Shown here: positions 40,287 to 53,908 of the stretch, piece after piece
Layout of the letters: each line of letters starts with the position of its first letter
Numbering within the stretch: the first letter of the stretch is position 1
Position numbers and translations under genes: made by a program
Notes under the pieces: model-generated
Database searches by the model: none
What the model was told of the DNA's origin: nothing
The model's input: only the letters and a program-made list of their open reading frames with translations
Source: Parasitella parasitica NRRL 2501
Lineage: Eukaryota; Fungi; Mucoromycota
Reading direction: 5' to 3'
Assembly (NCBI GenBank): GCA_025201805.1
Contig: MU619239.1
Span: forward strand, 161,681-225,680
DNA length: 64,000 nucleotides

Positions 40287-43200
40287 TTATGAATGAATAA
40301 AGACGCTGTGTAGTCGCTTGAAGTCGGATGCGTTCGATACGTCTATGCAGTGATGAGAAATGGTGGTATCCATGGACGGTAATCTCGGAATTTTGATAAG
40401 GCCAAGCTGCTGTAATGGCTTCTACACAACATGCATATAAATCAGTCAGTAATACAGTGGGTAGCATAAAACAAACAAACAAGTAACCTTTTCATTATGA
40501 GTAGCAGGGAATTTGTCAGTTGTGATTTGAAGATCATCTACTTTTCGTCTCAGCTGCACACTACGTTGCTGGAGTGTATACAACACCGACTGCTGTGTCT
40601 GATACTGATAGTCAGGCGTTTTCTTCATGCTCGACCATTTGCGAGTTGCTGGTGGAAGCTGAATTACCCGTGGAGATGCGCTTGCAACCCTCATATCTTT
40701 GAGCAGTGCCCTTGTTTCTCTAGCAATATCAGACATCATTTCACCTCTATGCTGTTTCTTGATGGCAGGGGCAGGCGTTGACAAATCCAATGATCGCCAT
40801 AAATCTGAACTTTTCAGCTGAGCATTTTCAGCCCGTAGATAGCGAATCGAAGCTTTGAGTGTTTCCATATGTCCCGCCATTTCATAGTATCCACCGGCCA
40901 TCTCTTGCATGTGCTCAGAGTCCTCTCCCTCTGCCAAGTCAAAATTGGCTTTTCGTAAGATGGATTGTCTTTTTTCCTCTCGCTTGCTAGCTTCCTTCTT
41001 GAGTTGGCTGTTCTCAATCTCCAGCTGATCATATTCGTTTTGTAGGTTTTCCATTGCCTCGACATACATTTGCTCTTGGTTCAGCGATTTATCTAAATCA
41101 TCCTCCAAGGATTTGATTCGGGCCATCTCTTTCTTTGCAACTTCTATACGCTTCTCGAGAAGGCTGGTTTTAACGTCTGCCTCCTGCAATGACTGATCCT
41201 TCATGCGGACATCTTTGATTAGTTTGATAATCTCATCATTATGCTGCTGTAGCTTATGCTCCAATTCATGGTTAACCGCAACTTCAGCTTTGATATCGGA
41301 AGCGCGCTGGATCCAGGGCGCGACGTTTGTTTTGACTACACATCACAATAGATCAGCTCATGTCAGCCATATGTGTGCTCAAGATAAACTTACTTTTGTC
41401 CAGTTTATCGTCCTGCTCGATCTGTGCATAGGTTGCTCCAAGTTCGTTATTGAGCGTCTTGACGTTCCTTAATGCATTCTCCCACATGGAGCTTTCTACC
41501 ATTTCGAATATCTCATCACCTTTATCGCGCAGCAGCGTTTGTATATGAGACAGCTCAATTTCTTCGTGGCTTCCTCGTTTGGTGTCGATGTAGGCTGTGA
41601 TATTCTTGTAAGTGTCAAAGCAGAATTTGCAGAGTTTTGTGCTGATCGCGTACAACATTCGGAATCTGTGTAAATGTTCGGGCTTCAGCGTCATGGCTTC
41701 TTCGAAAATATCTTCTAATTGACGCATCAGCTTCTTGGCGACGATCTTGCTATTTTTTGCTTGGGCAATGAGACGTCCAAGCGGCTCATTGTAGTCCTGA
41801 TCCACTTGTTCAATGCCCTCGGCAACCACAATGCCTTCAACTCTTGCTGCATTGTACAATGACTGCTTAGCACAGGTTAGAATGACGATCATACGATCAG
41901 CATTCAGATCCAAGGCTTTAGTAAGGCCAAAGAACTGGTCTGTGTTATTTCTCTCTTGCTGCTGTAAATGGCTTTCGGCCAGGTGCTCTACTTGGGCAAT
42001 AATTCGCTGCAGTTCAGTCAAACAATGTGCTTCGTTGACTTGATCCGTCCTAAAGAGCTCGACAATTGCATTCATTTTCCTCTCGACACCAATCAAGTCA
42101 TGGTACACCCTGCCCATCTTGGAAAACGTCCCAACATCACAGTTCTTGATATAGGTCTGGAAGCGAGTAGCCAATGAGCTTAACCAACCTGCCCTCGACT
42201 TCATTTCACAAATGGTAACTAGATTGTCTGTTACGTTGTCCATGATCTTCTCGCTGATCGGGTAATTTTGATCCAAATGCTTAACAATAAGGCCTGCCTT
42301 GAATTCCAGCCTTTTAAACAGCAATAGGCACGAAATGGGGTCATTTTCTGTCTTGAAAAAGGATTCTGGCAGGTAGGGCTGGATCATATTGAGACGCTCG
42401 TTGGCCTGAGCAGCCTCCAGCTTTCGCAGTTCAATATCAATTGCTTTGGCTTGTGCTTTCATTACGGTTGTCTGCAACTGGAAGTTTAGAGACATCATGG
42501 CTTGAGATTGGCTGCTCAAGGTCTTCTTTTCCGATTGCTCTGTTTGCTCCTTGCTCTTAAATCCTTCTAAATCGCTTTGAAGCAGCACTACTAACTCTCT
42601 GAATTGCTGGATCGTGGCTTCATAATCAGCCGCTGTCTCTTCGTTGGCTCTCAATCGCTCCAGCTGTTCTCTCAAAAGCATATCGCGATGGTCGATTTCC
42701 GCTTGCAACTGCTTTTCGGTTTCTACATGGTTTTCCTCCAACTCATCGGCGAGCTCCTTTAATGCTTCCAAGTCATCTACAGTAGCACTGAGTTCATCCA
42801 GTTTCTCCGTCAAACTCAAATTCCTCTCGGTTAATTGATCAACAAGGTCCTCAGCACCAAGAGCATCGTCTAGTTGCATCTTGAGGTCGTCAACTGACAT
42901 TTCTGTTGCGCTCAACTTTTCCAGAGCTTTTTCGTATTGCAGACGTATTTCCTCGAGTTCGTAGTTTTCATGCTCAAGCAACTTGATCTTGTTATTTAAC
43001 TCGTTTTCGTTTTCGGCTGTAGCATCACGGAATCTGCCCATTTTGGTGAGTGTTCTGCGGTGCGAACTGCGTGCTTGTAACTCACCTTAATAACGCTTCT
43101 TTCAATCGCTCGTTGTGTCTTTCCAACTGCACTATTTCTAAAGGCGTTCTTTCTTCATTGCTAGCTGGCGAAAGTTCAGGGGGTTTATTCAAAATGTCTG

Positions 43201-44851
43201 CTTCCTTTTTTAGGATGTCCAAATCAATACTGATTTCTTCCATTCTTTCCTTGAGCATATTAGTTTCTTGCTGTAGACTTTCGGCCCTTTCTTCTGCCAC
43301 TTCCTTGTCGAGCGTGAGCATTTCCATCGACTCAAGTAGATCATTGTACTTGTTCTCAAAGGTTTCTTTGTCTGCGATGGTATCTTTCAGTTCACGCTTG
43401 GTATCTCGGACGTCTTTTTGCAGTTCTGCAATTTTGTCTATGCCGAATATGTTTATATATTTATTGTTTACATATAAACAAACAGAACCAACCTTGCAGC
43501 TTGTTTCGAAGTGTCAAAAACTGCTCTGCTTCCTCCTTGACTTTTTCATGATCTCGAAATCGTTCACGATCTTCATGTCGCTTATTTTCAAGAATTTTTA
43601 GCTTAAAGCGAAGCTCTTCGTAGTCTTTCAGGGGAACAGTCTAATGGTTTGGGTGCATTAATAAGGGCGCACAGAGTTATTGATTGTATCCAGATTCAAG
43701 AATATGTACCTGATCTGATTTGCTAATAGGTCTCGTTGATGCTAATGATCCATAGACAGGTTCTCGCTGTATCTGCTCGATAATAGCGTCTTCTTCCTCT
43801 TCTTCCTCATCTTTATCATCTTCTTCATCTTCTTCATCTTCCTTTTCAATTGAGACCGGGCTGGATACAATAGCAGCATTTGCATTGGTGTTCTCCAAAC
43901 ATAGGTTATCAAATTCTGCTTGTTCTAATTCCAATCTTCTCTCTTCATCCTGTTCATCGTCCAATATGGCATCTGGAGTTGTTGGTGCGGTTATTGGTGT
44001 TCTTGACTTTAATATGGATACGGGCGAAGATGCGAATGTATTAGCTCTAGCTCTTTTGATGGGGGCAGTACTTTGAGTCGGTTGTTTTGGAGGTACAATC
44101 GTTCTCCTGTTTGGGACGGCAGTGCTTCTGCTACTTGGTATCGTAGTCGCACGGCTGTTGGTCTGCAAAAGTGAAGTGGGTCTTTTCTTTATTGGCGGTA
44201 ATGCATCTGCTACGATGGATTTTCTTCTTTGGGCTGGATGTGAGGGTGATGCTGACGGTGATGCTGACGGCGTTATTGTCGACTTCTTTCTTTCGGTCGC
44301 AGTGGCAGCACCATTTGCTGTGCTGAAAGATGAAGGTATAATCGATTTTCTTTTCTGTTGTGATGCGGCTGGGGCAGTGGCGTCTCCTACGATCGACTTT
44401 CTTCTTTCAGCAGTGCTGGGAGGCACTATCGACTTTCTTCTCTCAGCTGTGCTGGTAGCCACAATCGATTTCCTTCGTTCCATAGTGCTAGAAGCTACGA
44501 TGGATTTTCTTCTTGTAGATAGAGAAGAAGGCTGTAAATCCTAGCTTAGTTCTGAGAAATCAATGTATTTTATGGACTGCATCTTGTGTAAAATACCTCG
44601 TTTATCACCTTGACGTTCGCAGGTCTTGTAAATACACCATGATTGTTCTTGCAGTCAAAGTATCTTTTGCCTTGAACTACACCACTGTTCTTACCTAGTG
44701 GCTCGTCTAGCTCAACTCCAACCCATTTGCCTGTTTGAAAGCTTGTTGTTCCAACATATCGAATGGTGCCTGAAAGTTCATTATTGATTATCACTCGACC
44801 ACCTACAGTAAGCTCTTCTCGAATAACTGATGTCCTTTTTGCACTGCTCAT
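40287..44851 (-). CDS. DCTN1: Dynactin subunit p150Glued (DCTN1/Nip100/NudM), multi-exon
   Basis: CAP-Gly GKWVGVELDEPLGKNSGVVQGKRYF, EMLTLDKEVAEERAE, QLERHNERLKEAL, QLDDALGAEDLVDQLTERNL, AKAIDIELRKLEA. Confidence 0.96.
44387..44516 (-). repeat. Coding 36-nt tandem repeat (4 units, xRRKSIVxxST) in dynactin exon 2
   Basis: TRRKSIVASSTM-ERRKSIVATSTA-ERRKSIVPPSTA-ERRKSIVGD. Confidence 0.92.
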
Positions 44852-46459
44852 TATCCTCGATTACTTTTTTTTTTCTATCTTTCCCGAGGATTATTAGTCG
44901 TAAGAGGCGAAGCTCTTCCTTTGATTCAAGATGATTGTAGAGAGAAAAAATTAATGAAAAGAAAGAATTTGGTATAATTTCTATATCGGCGGTTTTGCCT
45001 GCAAGCTTCTAATTGGCGCTTTACGAATTTCGTGATGCTAGAGCTTTGTTCACTTTACTTGCATTCGACTTTTTACAGGAAAACAGAACGAGGTCATGCT
45101 CGTTTTATACAATTAGGCTGATTCTAGTTGATAAAAACCTCTATTCACAAACTTTTTTTTGCTCGTATAGACATTTATTTGCCAACATCAAGGGTTAGAC
45201 GCCATCGCCATTGTCTTTTAGAATTGACATATTAAAAAATCAAGTTAGTGCTACGCTTTTTACATTATTATATTGAAAAGGCATTGTTTACACACATTGT
45301 TTGTGTGTGTATATTTCAGATAACATAATGCCTCCTGGTAAGGAGAACATTTTTCCTCTATTAGCGTCGAAATACACGAAATTAAATATTTTCACATGGC
45401 TTAATGTCTAGAGCAGCGAGTGTACTAGTATTTTTGCTTGAGCTTTGAAATATTTGCACACGAAGATGATGCATTTAGATTGTCTTTTAAGCATTCAGAT
45501 TGCGATAAATAAATATAGCCAGTATTTTCTCTGTTTGTTGGCAAGTACGGAATACATATGATATTTCATTCACGTATGGACGATATTGATTTTGATGGAC
45601 AAATTCAAATTATTTCTTTTCAAAATTTCAACATAACACATGCAAAAAGTAACTATATACAGCTACCATGAATAGCTAGCTGCTGGAGAGACTGATTAAA
45701 ACTTGCGAAAACAGAATATTAAAAACTACACTTGTCGCTAGAAGCAGTTAAATCTTCAGCATCTCAAACATAAAAGCTTTTCAATATTTATTCAGGTATA
45801 GGAAATCGTTTTTGGTCAATAGGCCATTTCTATGAACCTATCTACTTCAACGGAAGTAGGCTCTTGACTTGCAATATGAATTATGGTCAGTCATGTGTCA
45901 AACTTCGATTTATTGCATGAGGACGCAAAGATATTAGCCACTATGGGTTATTCTTCCCTTTAAGCAGGAGAGAAAAAGATAAAAGTTTAGATTGTGTGGA
46001 ACTTGTTGTATCCATATAAAGGCTACATATTTCATATCTTACATAGTTATAATGTACGGATCATGATATTAATTGTTGGTAATTCTTTTACAAATAAGGA
46101 ATAAGCTACAAGTTGTAATTGAGCCTCTTGCGCAAGGTTCTAGGCTTATCCAAAGGTTACATCAGGATGAGATCGCGGGATGTCGGGGAGAGATATCTTG
46201 CTCACGTCTCTTTTCTTCAATTTAAAGTAGAAGAATAGGTCTGTTCCTGGAAATAATGTGATTTAATAATGTTGACACTTCATGTCAAACATTAGATGTT
46301 ATGTGGATAAACATTAATTAGGATATATTTTAGTGTAAATAAAGATCATATCTTATGTCAATAAATGTCTTCAGTTTTGTATCAGAGAAAGTCTTATTTA
46401 CTTCCTTTTTTCATATTACATTTACGCAACATTCCGGAGCGCCCTTTACACTAGCACAA

Positions 46460-47050
46460 CAGAAATTTTTCATCCAAAAAAAAACTAAGGTGTGTAAAAA
46501 TGGGTTTCGAGGCCGTATTATGCAGCGTCGCGGCTAGCGATTCATATTAAGACATACCCAAGTTAGCTATTAGGACCATGCTATGCTCCTCAATTGAAGA
46601 TAAAATGTGTACTATATTTGCAGTGGTAAATTCAAACTCGGTAGTATGTTGCCATTTGCATTTAAATCCATCTCAAAATTCTTCATTGCTTAATATCTCA
46701 AATAGTTAATAAGTCATTGGATATCCTTACCAAGTGTTCTATGACTATAAAATAATCTGCATCTAACTATATAAAGTACAAGGCTATGTAAATATTTTTT
46801 TATATTATCAATTTCAAGATTCAAAAATCATCTTTTTTGATTGTTTTCAAGTAGAAGGAACCATCTTTTGAGCACACACAACCCTATAAACTCAACCAAA
46901 CAATTAATTCCATCAATTTCTACCCATAAACATCTTGCTCCCAACTTTAGCTTTATTATTTCTGTCACAAATCAAAATCTTGTCTCGACGAAAATCAATC
47001 AGCCTAAAATTCGAACCTCATAAAATCAAGTAAACCAAGACAAAATAAGA
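46460..47050 (-). repeat. Inverted, diverged third copy (partial) of the 3300-5965 repeat family
   Basis: Reverse complement of 46548-46600 (ttcaattgaggagcatagcatggtcctaatagctaacttgggtatgtc) matches 3827-3875. Reverse complement of 46940-46990 (gacaagattttgatttgtgacagaaataataaagctaaagt) matches 4881-4921. Confidence 0.82.
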
Positions 47051-47777
47051 ATAAAAGGAAGAAATGAATGAAGTAGCCTTTATGCCCTCAGTAACAGATC
47101 CCATCTGCAAAGTTTTCCCTTCAAAAATATTCGAGACATCAACAAAACAAGGCCTACAGAATTTAGACCACAAATAATCAAAAAGGGGCCTTCACTTTTG
47201 TGCAAAAGCGTAAATGACTGAAGATAAATTGAGTGGTAAAATTGGTAGTGTATATCATGGGGCTCTTCGCAACACGGCTTTATCTTTTGTGGCTATTCAA
47301 ACGTCAAAAATATGAAAAACTAAGAAGTTTGATATCTATTTAACGAGGATTTTTAAAGTTGGCTATTGTGTGTCAATATAGAGGATTTATACATATTTCA
47401 TGATTCAAAAAATGATAATACAATATGCTTAAAATAGAGGATAGGTTTCAACATGTTTGAACAAAAGTCATGCAGTCATAATGATGGTGTTAGATTTAAT
47501 GCCAAACACAAGATTATGCATTTATTATCACTACAGCGTATTTGCTATGCATCATGTGAAAGTAACGTTGATTTCCCAATTCTGCATATTAAGCATGAAT
47601 CTAACTCTTCAAAATGATGAACATAACATTATCAATGGAGGGTTGCCGATGTACAATAATAGGATGAGAGCCTTTGTATTTTCAGCTGATTCAGAGGTAC
47701 ACTAATGATTGAACAATAGAATTTTTTTATATTTATATTCCTTTTTCTCTCATACTATTTATTCTTTTTCTTTTCTT

Positions 47778-49127
47778 ATGGATATGTCATTATCTGAAAA
47801 TGATCAAGACAATGTCTTTATTAGACATTTCAAAGAACAAGCAAAACTGAATCGTTCTCACCAGCAAAAGCGGCAACAACCTGTACCACCATCGCCTCCG
47901 GCTCAACCATTTCAACGGCCCAAAAATCAAGCAAAGAATGACACTCTTACATCTGCATCATGGCCAATTTTAATAGCTATAGTTCCAACTTTGGGTGCAT
48001 TTTTTGCAGGCGACACCGAAATTTGGAGTGATTTTATCATGGTTTTGTTGGTTCTCTACTATGTCCACAAATGGATGACAGGTATATGCTGTTTTACTGA
48101 AGCCAAGCATACTTCAGTTTAATTTATCATAACATCTATAGTTCCGTGGGCATATTATGAAAGTGCACGCTCTCGGCACATTATGCATCAAAAGCTATCA
48201 AACGAGAGAACAAACGCTGGTATCTTGCACATTCCAAAAAATGAGCAAGAAGCTTTCGCCAGACGTATGCAGCGAGACCACAGCAAAAGCAAATCAATCA
48301 CAGCAGAACTTCGCCGACATGAGCTTGCTGGATTGCTGTTGGTGGTTCTCTCGCCTGCTATTGCCGGTTACACATTGCAGTACAGTCGTTATTTGCTTAG
48401 TAACATAGATCGATATATTAATGCATTTAATGTTACGATCTTTATATTGGCTGCTTCCATAAGACCCTTGACACATGTGATGACACTCTTACAAAGACGT
48501 ACAGCATTTCTGCAAAGTGAAGCATTAGCTTCAGAGAATCAAGTTCAAGTCTTGCAGGCAAAGCTGGATATACTCGAAAAGGAGCTCTATGGCCTTCGAA
48601 AAGCTTTTGCCACAAAGCAAGATCTTGGTCAATTAGTGACAGAGGACATAAAGCCTTCCTTGCAGCAATTTGCGAAAAAGCTGAAGCGATTTGAAAAACA
48701 AGACCCTCTGCTTAGAAACTGGTTTGAAGAGAAATTCGCTGCAATCAATTACAAAGTTCGTGAATTCGATCAATACATTCGCGTTGAACAAGATCAACGT
48801 CAAAAGACACATGGCATGATTGTCAGCTTAATTTTACTTCCACTCCGTATCTCACTCTGGGTTGTCAAACGACTGGCATCATTGCTCTCAAGCTATCACA
48901 GCAGCTGCAATCTCTTGGCAGTAGCAGCAGCAGCATCAGAATCAACATATAAAGCTCTAATAAAGCCACCGTCTGCATCTGCTGCATCTACTTCAACTTC
49001 GAAGAAACCGTCATGGAAACGTCAACGTTCAACTGTTTCGTCTCAGCATCAAATGTCGACAGTAATACCCGACCCGACAGAGACAATTTACTCTACTGAA
49101 GAAAGTATTGCTGCATTTGGGCATTAG
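47778..49127 (+). CDS. Hypothetical membrane protein with a coiled coil (exons 47778-48081, 48142-49127)
   Basis: SWPILIAIVPTLGAFF..WSDFIMVLLVLYYVHKWMT|VPWAYYESAR, ELRRHELAGL, IFILAASIRP. Several hydrophobic helices. Confidence 0.85.
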
Positions 49128-49472
49128 CCACTACATTTATGCACATTTCATTGTTTTTCTTTAGTAACAATAAAAACTTCAATATACGCTCCGGTAATTT
49201 TATGGTTCCTTTAAACTATTTTCCAAATCTGCACCTGCTGATAGAAGAAGACAGAGTAAAGCTAGCATTCACTGCATAACTGCTATGTATGGACAGGCTT
49301 GAAGAAACCCTTCTGGTAACTAAAATACAATGTCATTGTGCCTTTTTATACACGTTTTTATTTTATGAAAGCAATGCTAATACAACACAACATGGCAAAA
49401 ACTAGTCTACACGAGAAAATGGCCAGATTGGTAAAAAGTGAATGAGAGAGAATTATTCTATGTTATTTTAAT

Positions 49473-51337
49473 CTAGTATTTCATTTCTGATTCCCAGAAA
49501 CCGACAGTGGGGAAAGTAGAAGCAAATTCAGAGACTTCCTTCTTCAATTCTTGAATAGAAGCAATATCACTACCATCGCCAATATGAGCCTTGAAATCAG
49601 CCAATTTCTTTCCAGTAGCCTTAGCCTTCTCCTCTTGTGTAATCTTGACGGAACGGTCAATGAAATCAGCAATCTTTACGAAATCAGATTCCTTGAAGCC
49701 ACGGCTGGTCATGGCAGGAGTACCGATACGAAGACCGCCAGGAATCAAGGCACTCTTGTCGCCAGGAACAGTGTTTTTGTTGGTGGCAATGTTGACCAAC
49801 TCTAGGACACGCTCAACACGAGCACCGTCAACACCTTTTGACTTGAGGTCGACCAAAAGCAAATGGTTGTCGGTACCGCCGGAAACGAGATTATAATTGA
49901 GTTCATTGAAACGAGTGGCAAAAGCAGCGTTGTTCTTCAAAACTTGGGTTTGGTATTCTTTGAAAAGAGGTGATTTGACTTGCTTGAGGGCGACAGACAA
50001 AGCACTAATAGTGTGGTTGTGGGGTCCGCCTTGATGGCCAGGGAATACGGATTGGTTGATGGCATTTTCCAAGTCGTAGTTGGTTTCTAGATGAAAAATC
50101 GTTGTAGTCGAGCCAAAGAGAGAGCACGTCCGTTTAAAATCTCTTACCTTTGCCCTTCTTATCGACGCTGCGAAGGCCCTTTCTGAAAAAGATCATGGCA
50201 CCACGAGGGCCACGAAGAGATTTGTGAGTAGTAGTAGTAACAATGTCAGCATATTCGAAAGGACCAGGCAAGACGCCAGCAGCAATCAGACCAGAAATAT
50301 GCGCAACATCAGCCATCAAGTAGGCACCACATTTATCGGCAATCTAAAAAACCAAATCACAGTTACTATCCCACAAAATAGATAATCTAGAATCGAGGCT
50401 TTTTTTTTTTTTACCTCTCTCATTCTGGCGTAATCAATGTTACGGGCATAAGCGGAAGCACCAGCAACAATGACCTTGGGTCTGTAGAGAATAGCGTTCT
50501 TCTCCAAGGTGTCATAATCAATGCGGCCAGTGCTTTCATCCAAACGGTAGGGCAAAGTCTCAAAATAAGCAGAGACCTGAGAAATCTTCTTGTTGGGAAG
50601 TTGGTAGCCATGAGACAAACTGCGCTGCAAGTTAACGCTCCAGTTCCCATCCTGTTATTATCAGTATACTTACTGTCCACCATGGGGGAGATCGAGACCC
50701 ATAATACGATCGTGAGGCTTCAAGATAGCACCGTAGACGTACAAATTAGCAGGAGCGCCAGACAAAGGCTGGACATTAACACCCCACTTTTCGTTGTTGA
50801 GGTCAAAGGCTTCCAAAGCTCTCTTCCGACAAAGGTTCTCGGACATGTCGATAAACTCATTACCACCATAGTAACGGGCACCAGGGTAGCCTTCAGAATA
50901 CTTGTTCTGCATAACACTGCCGAGGGCATCCATCACAGCTCTGGAAGTGAAGTTCTAAATAGCCACATGTTGGTGCAAACTTTCAGCAATTCCGATAGCC
51001 ACAATTACCTCTGAGGGGATGAGATCAACGCTCTCTTGCTGTCTCTTTTTTTCCTTTTCGATGATATCGAACATTTCAGGATCCATCTTTTCAAGCCTAT
51101 CATTGAGGAACTAGAGGCCAACCGTCAATGCAAGTGTCTACGCAAGGAAAGCTACAACTTACCTCTTGCTGACCAGCAGGGAAAACATAGCCACGCTACG
51201 GAAACAAGACGGTTCAGCATAATGTACTGACATTTGAATTACAATGGATGTATGGTTACCTTGGCTTGGCTGATGGCAGGTCTGGCCATACGCAAGGTGG
51301 AGGGCTTGGCAGCATTGGCGATAAGAGATCTAAGCAT
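49473..51337 (-). CDS. SHM1: Serine hydroxymethyltransferase, mitochondrial-type, multi-exon
   Basis: [42 protein letters not shown] (PLP lysine), GGTDNHL. Arg/Ser/Ala-rich presequence [19 protein letters not shown]. Confidence 0.96.
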
Positions 51338-52027
51338 TTTTTTTACAGATTGTGTGTGAGAGGAGAAATGAAGAGGGAAAAAAGCGAAAAATAAACAAGA
51401 TGTATTTATCTCTTATGTGAGCGGGGGAGCCAGGAGACGCAAAGTATAAGGAATTTGGTGAGTGGAAAAGCCTAAAAGAGGCAATGGCTCTTCCACCGAG
51501 TCAATCCACCGCGTCAAAAAAATTTACAAAAAAAAGATTGCCTTCACAGCTGTCTTTTTATGAGTTTTGAGATTATCATTGCATTGAGTGTAGGATGCTC
51601 TACATGAAAAGATGCCCCTGCAAACAGGCTGTGCCACTTTTACTTGAGAACTCGTTTCATTGAATAACACGGCTGCACTTTGTTTAAAACCCACAGCAAC
51701 ATGGCATGGATCTTCAGTGTCATATTGGGTGTGAGAAAAATATGGACCCAAAGCTATAATTTCTGTTTGTGGAGCAAATCAAGCAAAAGAATTCAGCGCC
51801 TATTCAACTTGGCAAAAAAAAAAAAGAGATACAGTTATTTATTGCTCATTTTAGATGTTTGTAGGACCTGACATGGTATACAGTTTTTACAAATAAAGAT
51901 TATTACACACTGCATTTTGAATATGCAACTTTGTGTGTATAAAGTAGCGCGACAAGATCAACCATATATTCCCATGTTGAAATTAGTTTTAAATATTTAT
52001 TTGAGTTCGTTTGGCCTAAAGGACTAT

Positions 52028-52944
52028 CTATGCTTCTTGAGCCAAATAACCTCTGTTCTTGGGATCCGAATAATATTCTATATTACATGTTACCATATTA
52101 TATCCTGCAATATACCTCAACTCAAACACTTACTGATTTCTTCCTTTCGTAATGGTGCCGCCAATTTAGGTAATTGTGCAAATTTCTCGGGGCGAACAAC
52201 AGATCTCAAACCAAGAGCATTATAGTAGCGGGTAACAATCTTACCACCAGCCTTTTCCACAGCCTCAATGGCCTTTTGCGATGCTCTAGAGACTTCAATT
52301 GTGACAGGAATTGTAAACATTTCGGCCCCCTGAGTTTGCCAACTGTCAGCCTTAAACATACAAGACTTCTTCCTCTTATCAAAACTTACGACACTCAACA
52401 ACTTGACGCCATCCTCAATTTTATGTATACAGCGGCTATCTAAAAGGTGCTTCATTGTAATGGGCTGAGAAGCATCGATACGACCTGTTTGAATCCAATG
52501 CTGTAAACGATCCAAATTCAATTCTTGATACTCTTTGCCATGGCTAAATTGTAAACCATCGTTAACGTCAGGATACCAAATACCAGACACAATCCCTACA
52601 TGTTGTAGAACCCACGCTTAGGCAAGCGTCTAACTAATGGAGTTTGACCACCTTCAAACCAAGGCACAGGCTGTCCATTACCTGAACGAGCCTTTTGCCC
52701 TTTATGGCCACGACCTGCCGTTTTACCTTTACCATAACCAGGACCACGACCAACACGTGTACGCTATAATTTATTAGGTCTTTCAGATAGTAGAGTCTAT
52801 GGTGATGTATACCTCAGACACTGCACCAGCGTTATCAGCCAAATGGCCAAGATTAACAGGGATCTTGGGAGGATGAACATGTATTGACATTGCACGAACA
52901 GGAACTAATGTCGTGATACGGGTTGAAAATACTGAACGAAGCAT
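52028..52944 (-). CDS. Mitochondrial ribosomal protein uL15m (yeast MRPL10 / human MRPL15), multi-exon
   Basis: [81 protein letters not shown]. Confidence 0.95.
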
Positions 52945-53522
52945 TTGAAGGATACGTTGCTGTTGACAGATAGATCAATGGGTTAAACAAGGGAAAAAAC
53001 ATTCTAATTCAAGGGTGATGTTCAATAAAAACGGTGACAGGTTTGGATTTTTGAGAGACAGCCAAGTTAGCATCGTAGTATACGGTATTCACTGCATACC
53101 GCAGCAGTTCAGAGTGAGTGTGTAGCGCTGGTAACTGTCTTGTATTATTTCAAGAGCTTCTGTAACCTGAATTTTCTGCAAGACAACAGTTAACCAACTT
53201 CAAATGCTTGGCGGAAATGTCATGACCCACACACTGCTCGAAGGTGCTTACCAAGGAATTAAAAGCTGGTTACTACAGCTGGAAATTCAAATGAACCAAT
53301 GTATAGAATTGGTATCCTAAACAATGCTGACCAAGCGCAGAGTTTTACCAACAACAAACTTTAGCACGTATAACAATAACGCCACTTTTTACTCTAAATG
53401 GCCCAACGCAACGTGTCATTGACTATGAACCCTGTTGTAAAACTATGAACCCTATTGTGTTTAACTATTTTCATCATCCTGTTTTTTGCTGTCGCACTGC
53501 AAAGGCCTGATCTTGCAACTAG

Positions 53523-53908
53523 AAAGGTGTCTTTATTATCATATCAATACAAAAGACCAGTCTGATTGTTTGAAGTCTTTGATGTTATTGTTACCGATAT
53601 CCGCCATTATTATATAGTCTATCTGATTGTTAGTACTCCTATTTCATCTATGAATGAGCTCTGCTTTATTCTGTGAATATTGATTTGTTCATTGTAGTGT
53701 AATAGAACTATCAGCTCATAAATGAGTCAAATGATAGACTAATTAACCATTGTGTAAAAATGAGATAGCATGGCGCCTTTATCCCTGTTAAGCCATCAGA
53801 CCTCATCTGCTTGAAATATAAATAGAGAAAGATATTTTAAACAAACTATCATCATAAAAAAAATACCAACTACTAAGAAAAAGAAAAAAATGTCTGCAGA
53901 ACAAGAAA
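53523..53908 (+). repeat. Duplicated promoter/5' block, copy A
   Basis: Near-identical to 63616-64000 (about 17 differences by manual count). Confidence 0.97.
53817..53824 (+). promoter_or_regulatory. Candidate TATA box (TATAAATA) about 70 nt upstream of the ATG, conserved in the second copy
   Basis: Canonical TATAAATA at the same relative position in both duplicates. Confidence 0.5.

Noticed and set aside
51195-51260. Alternative ATG in SHMT intron 1 that could give a cytosolic isoform
   Set aside because: Both intronic ATGs are out of frame with exon 2, and the in-frame codon at the acceptor is TAG.
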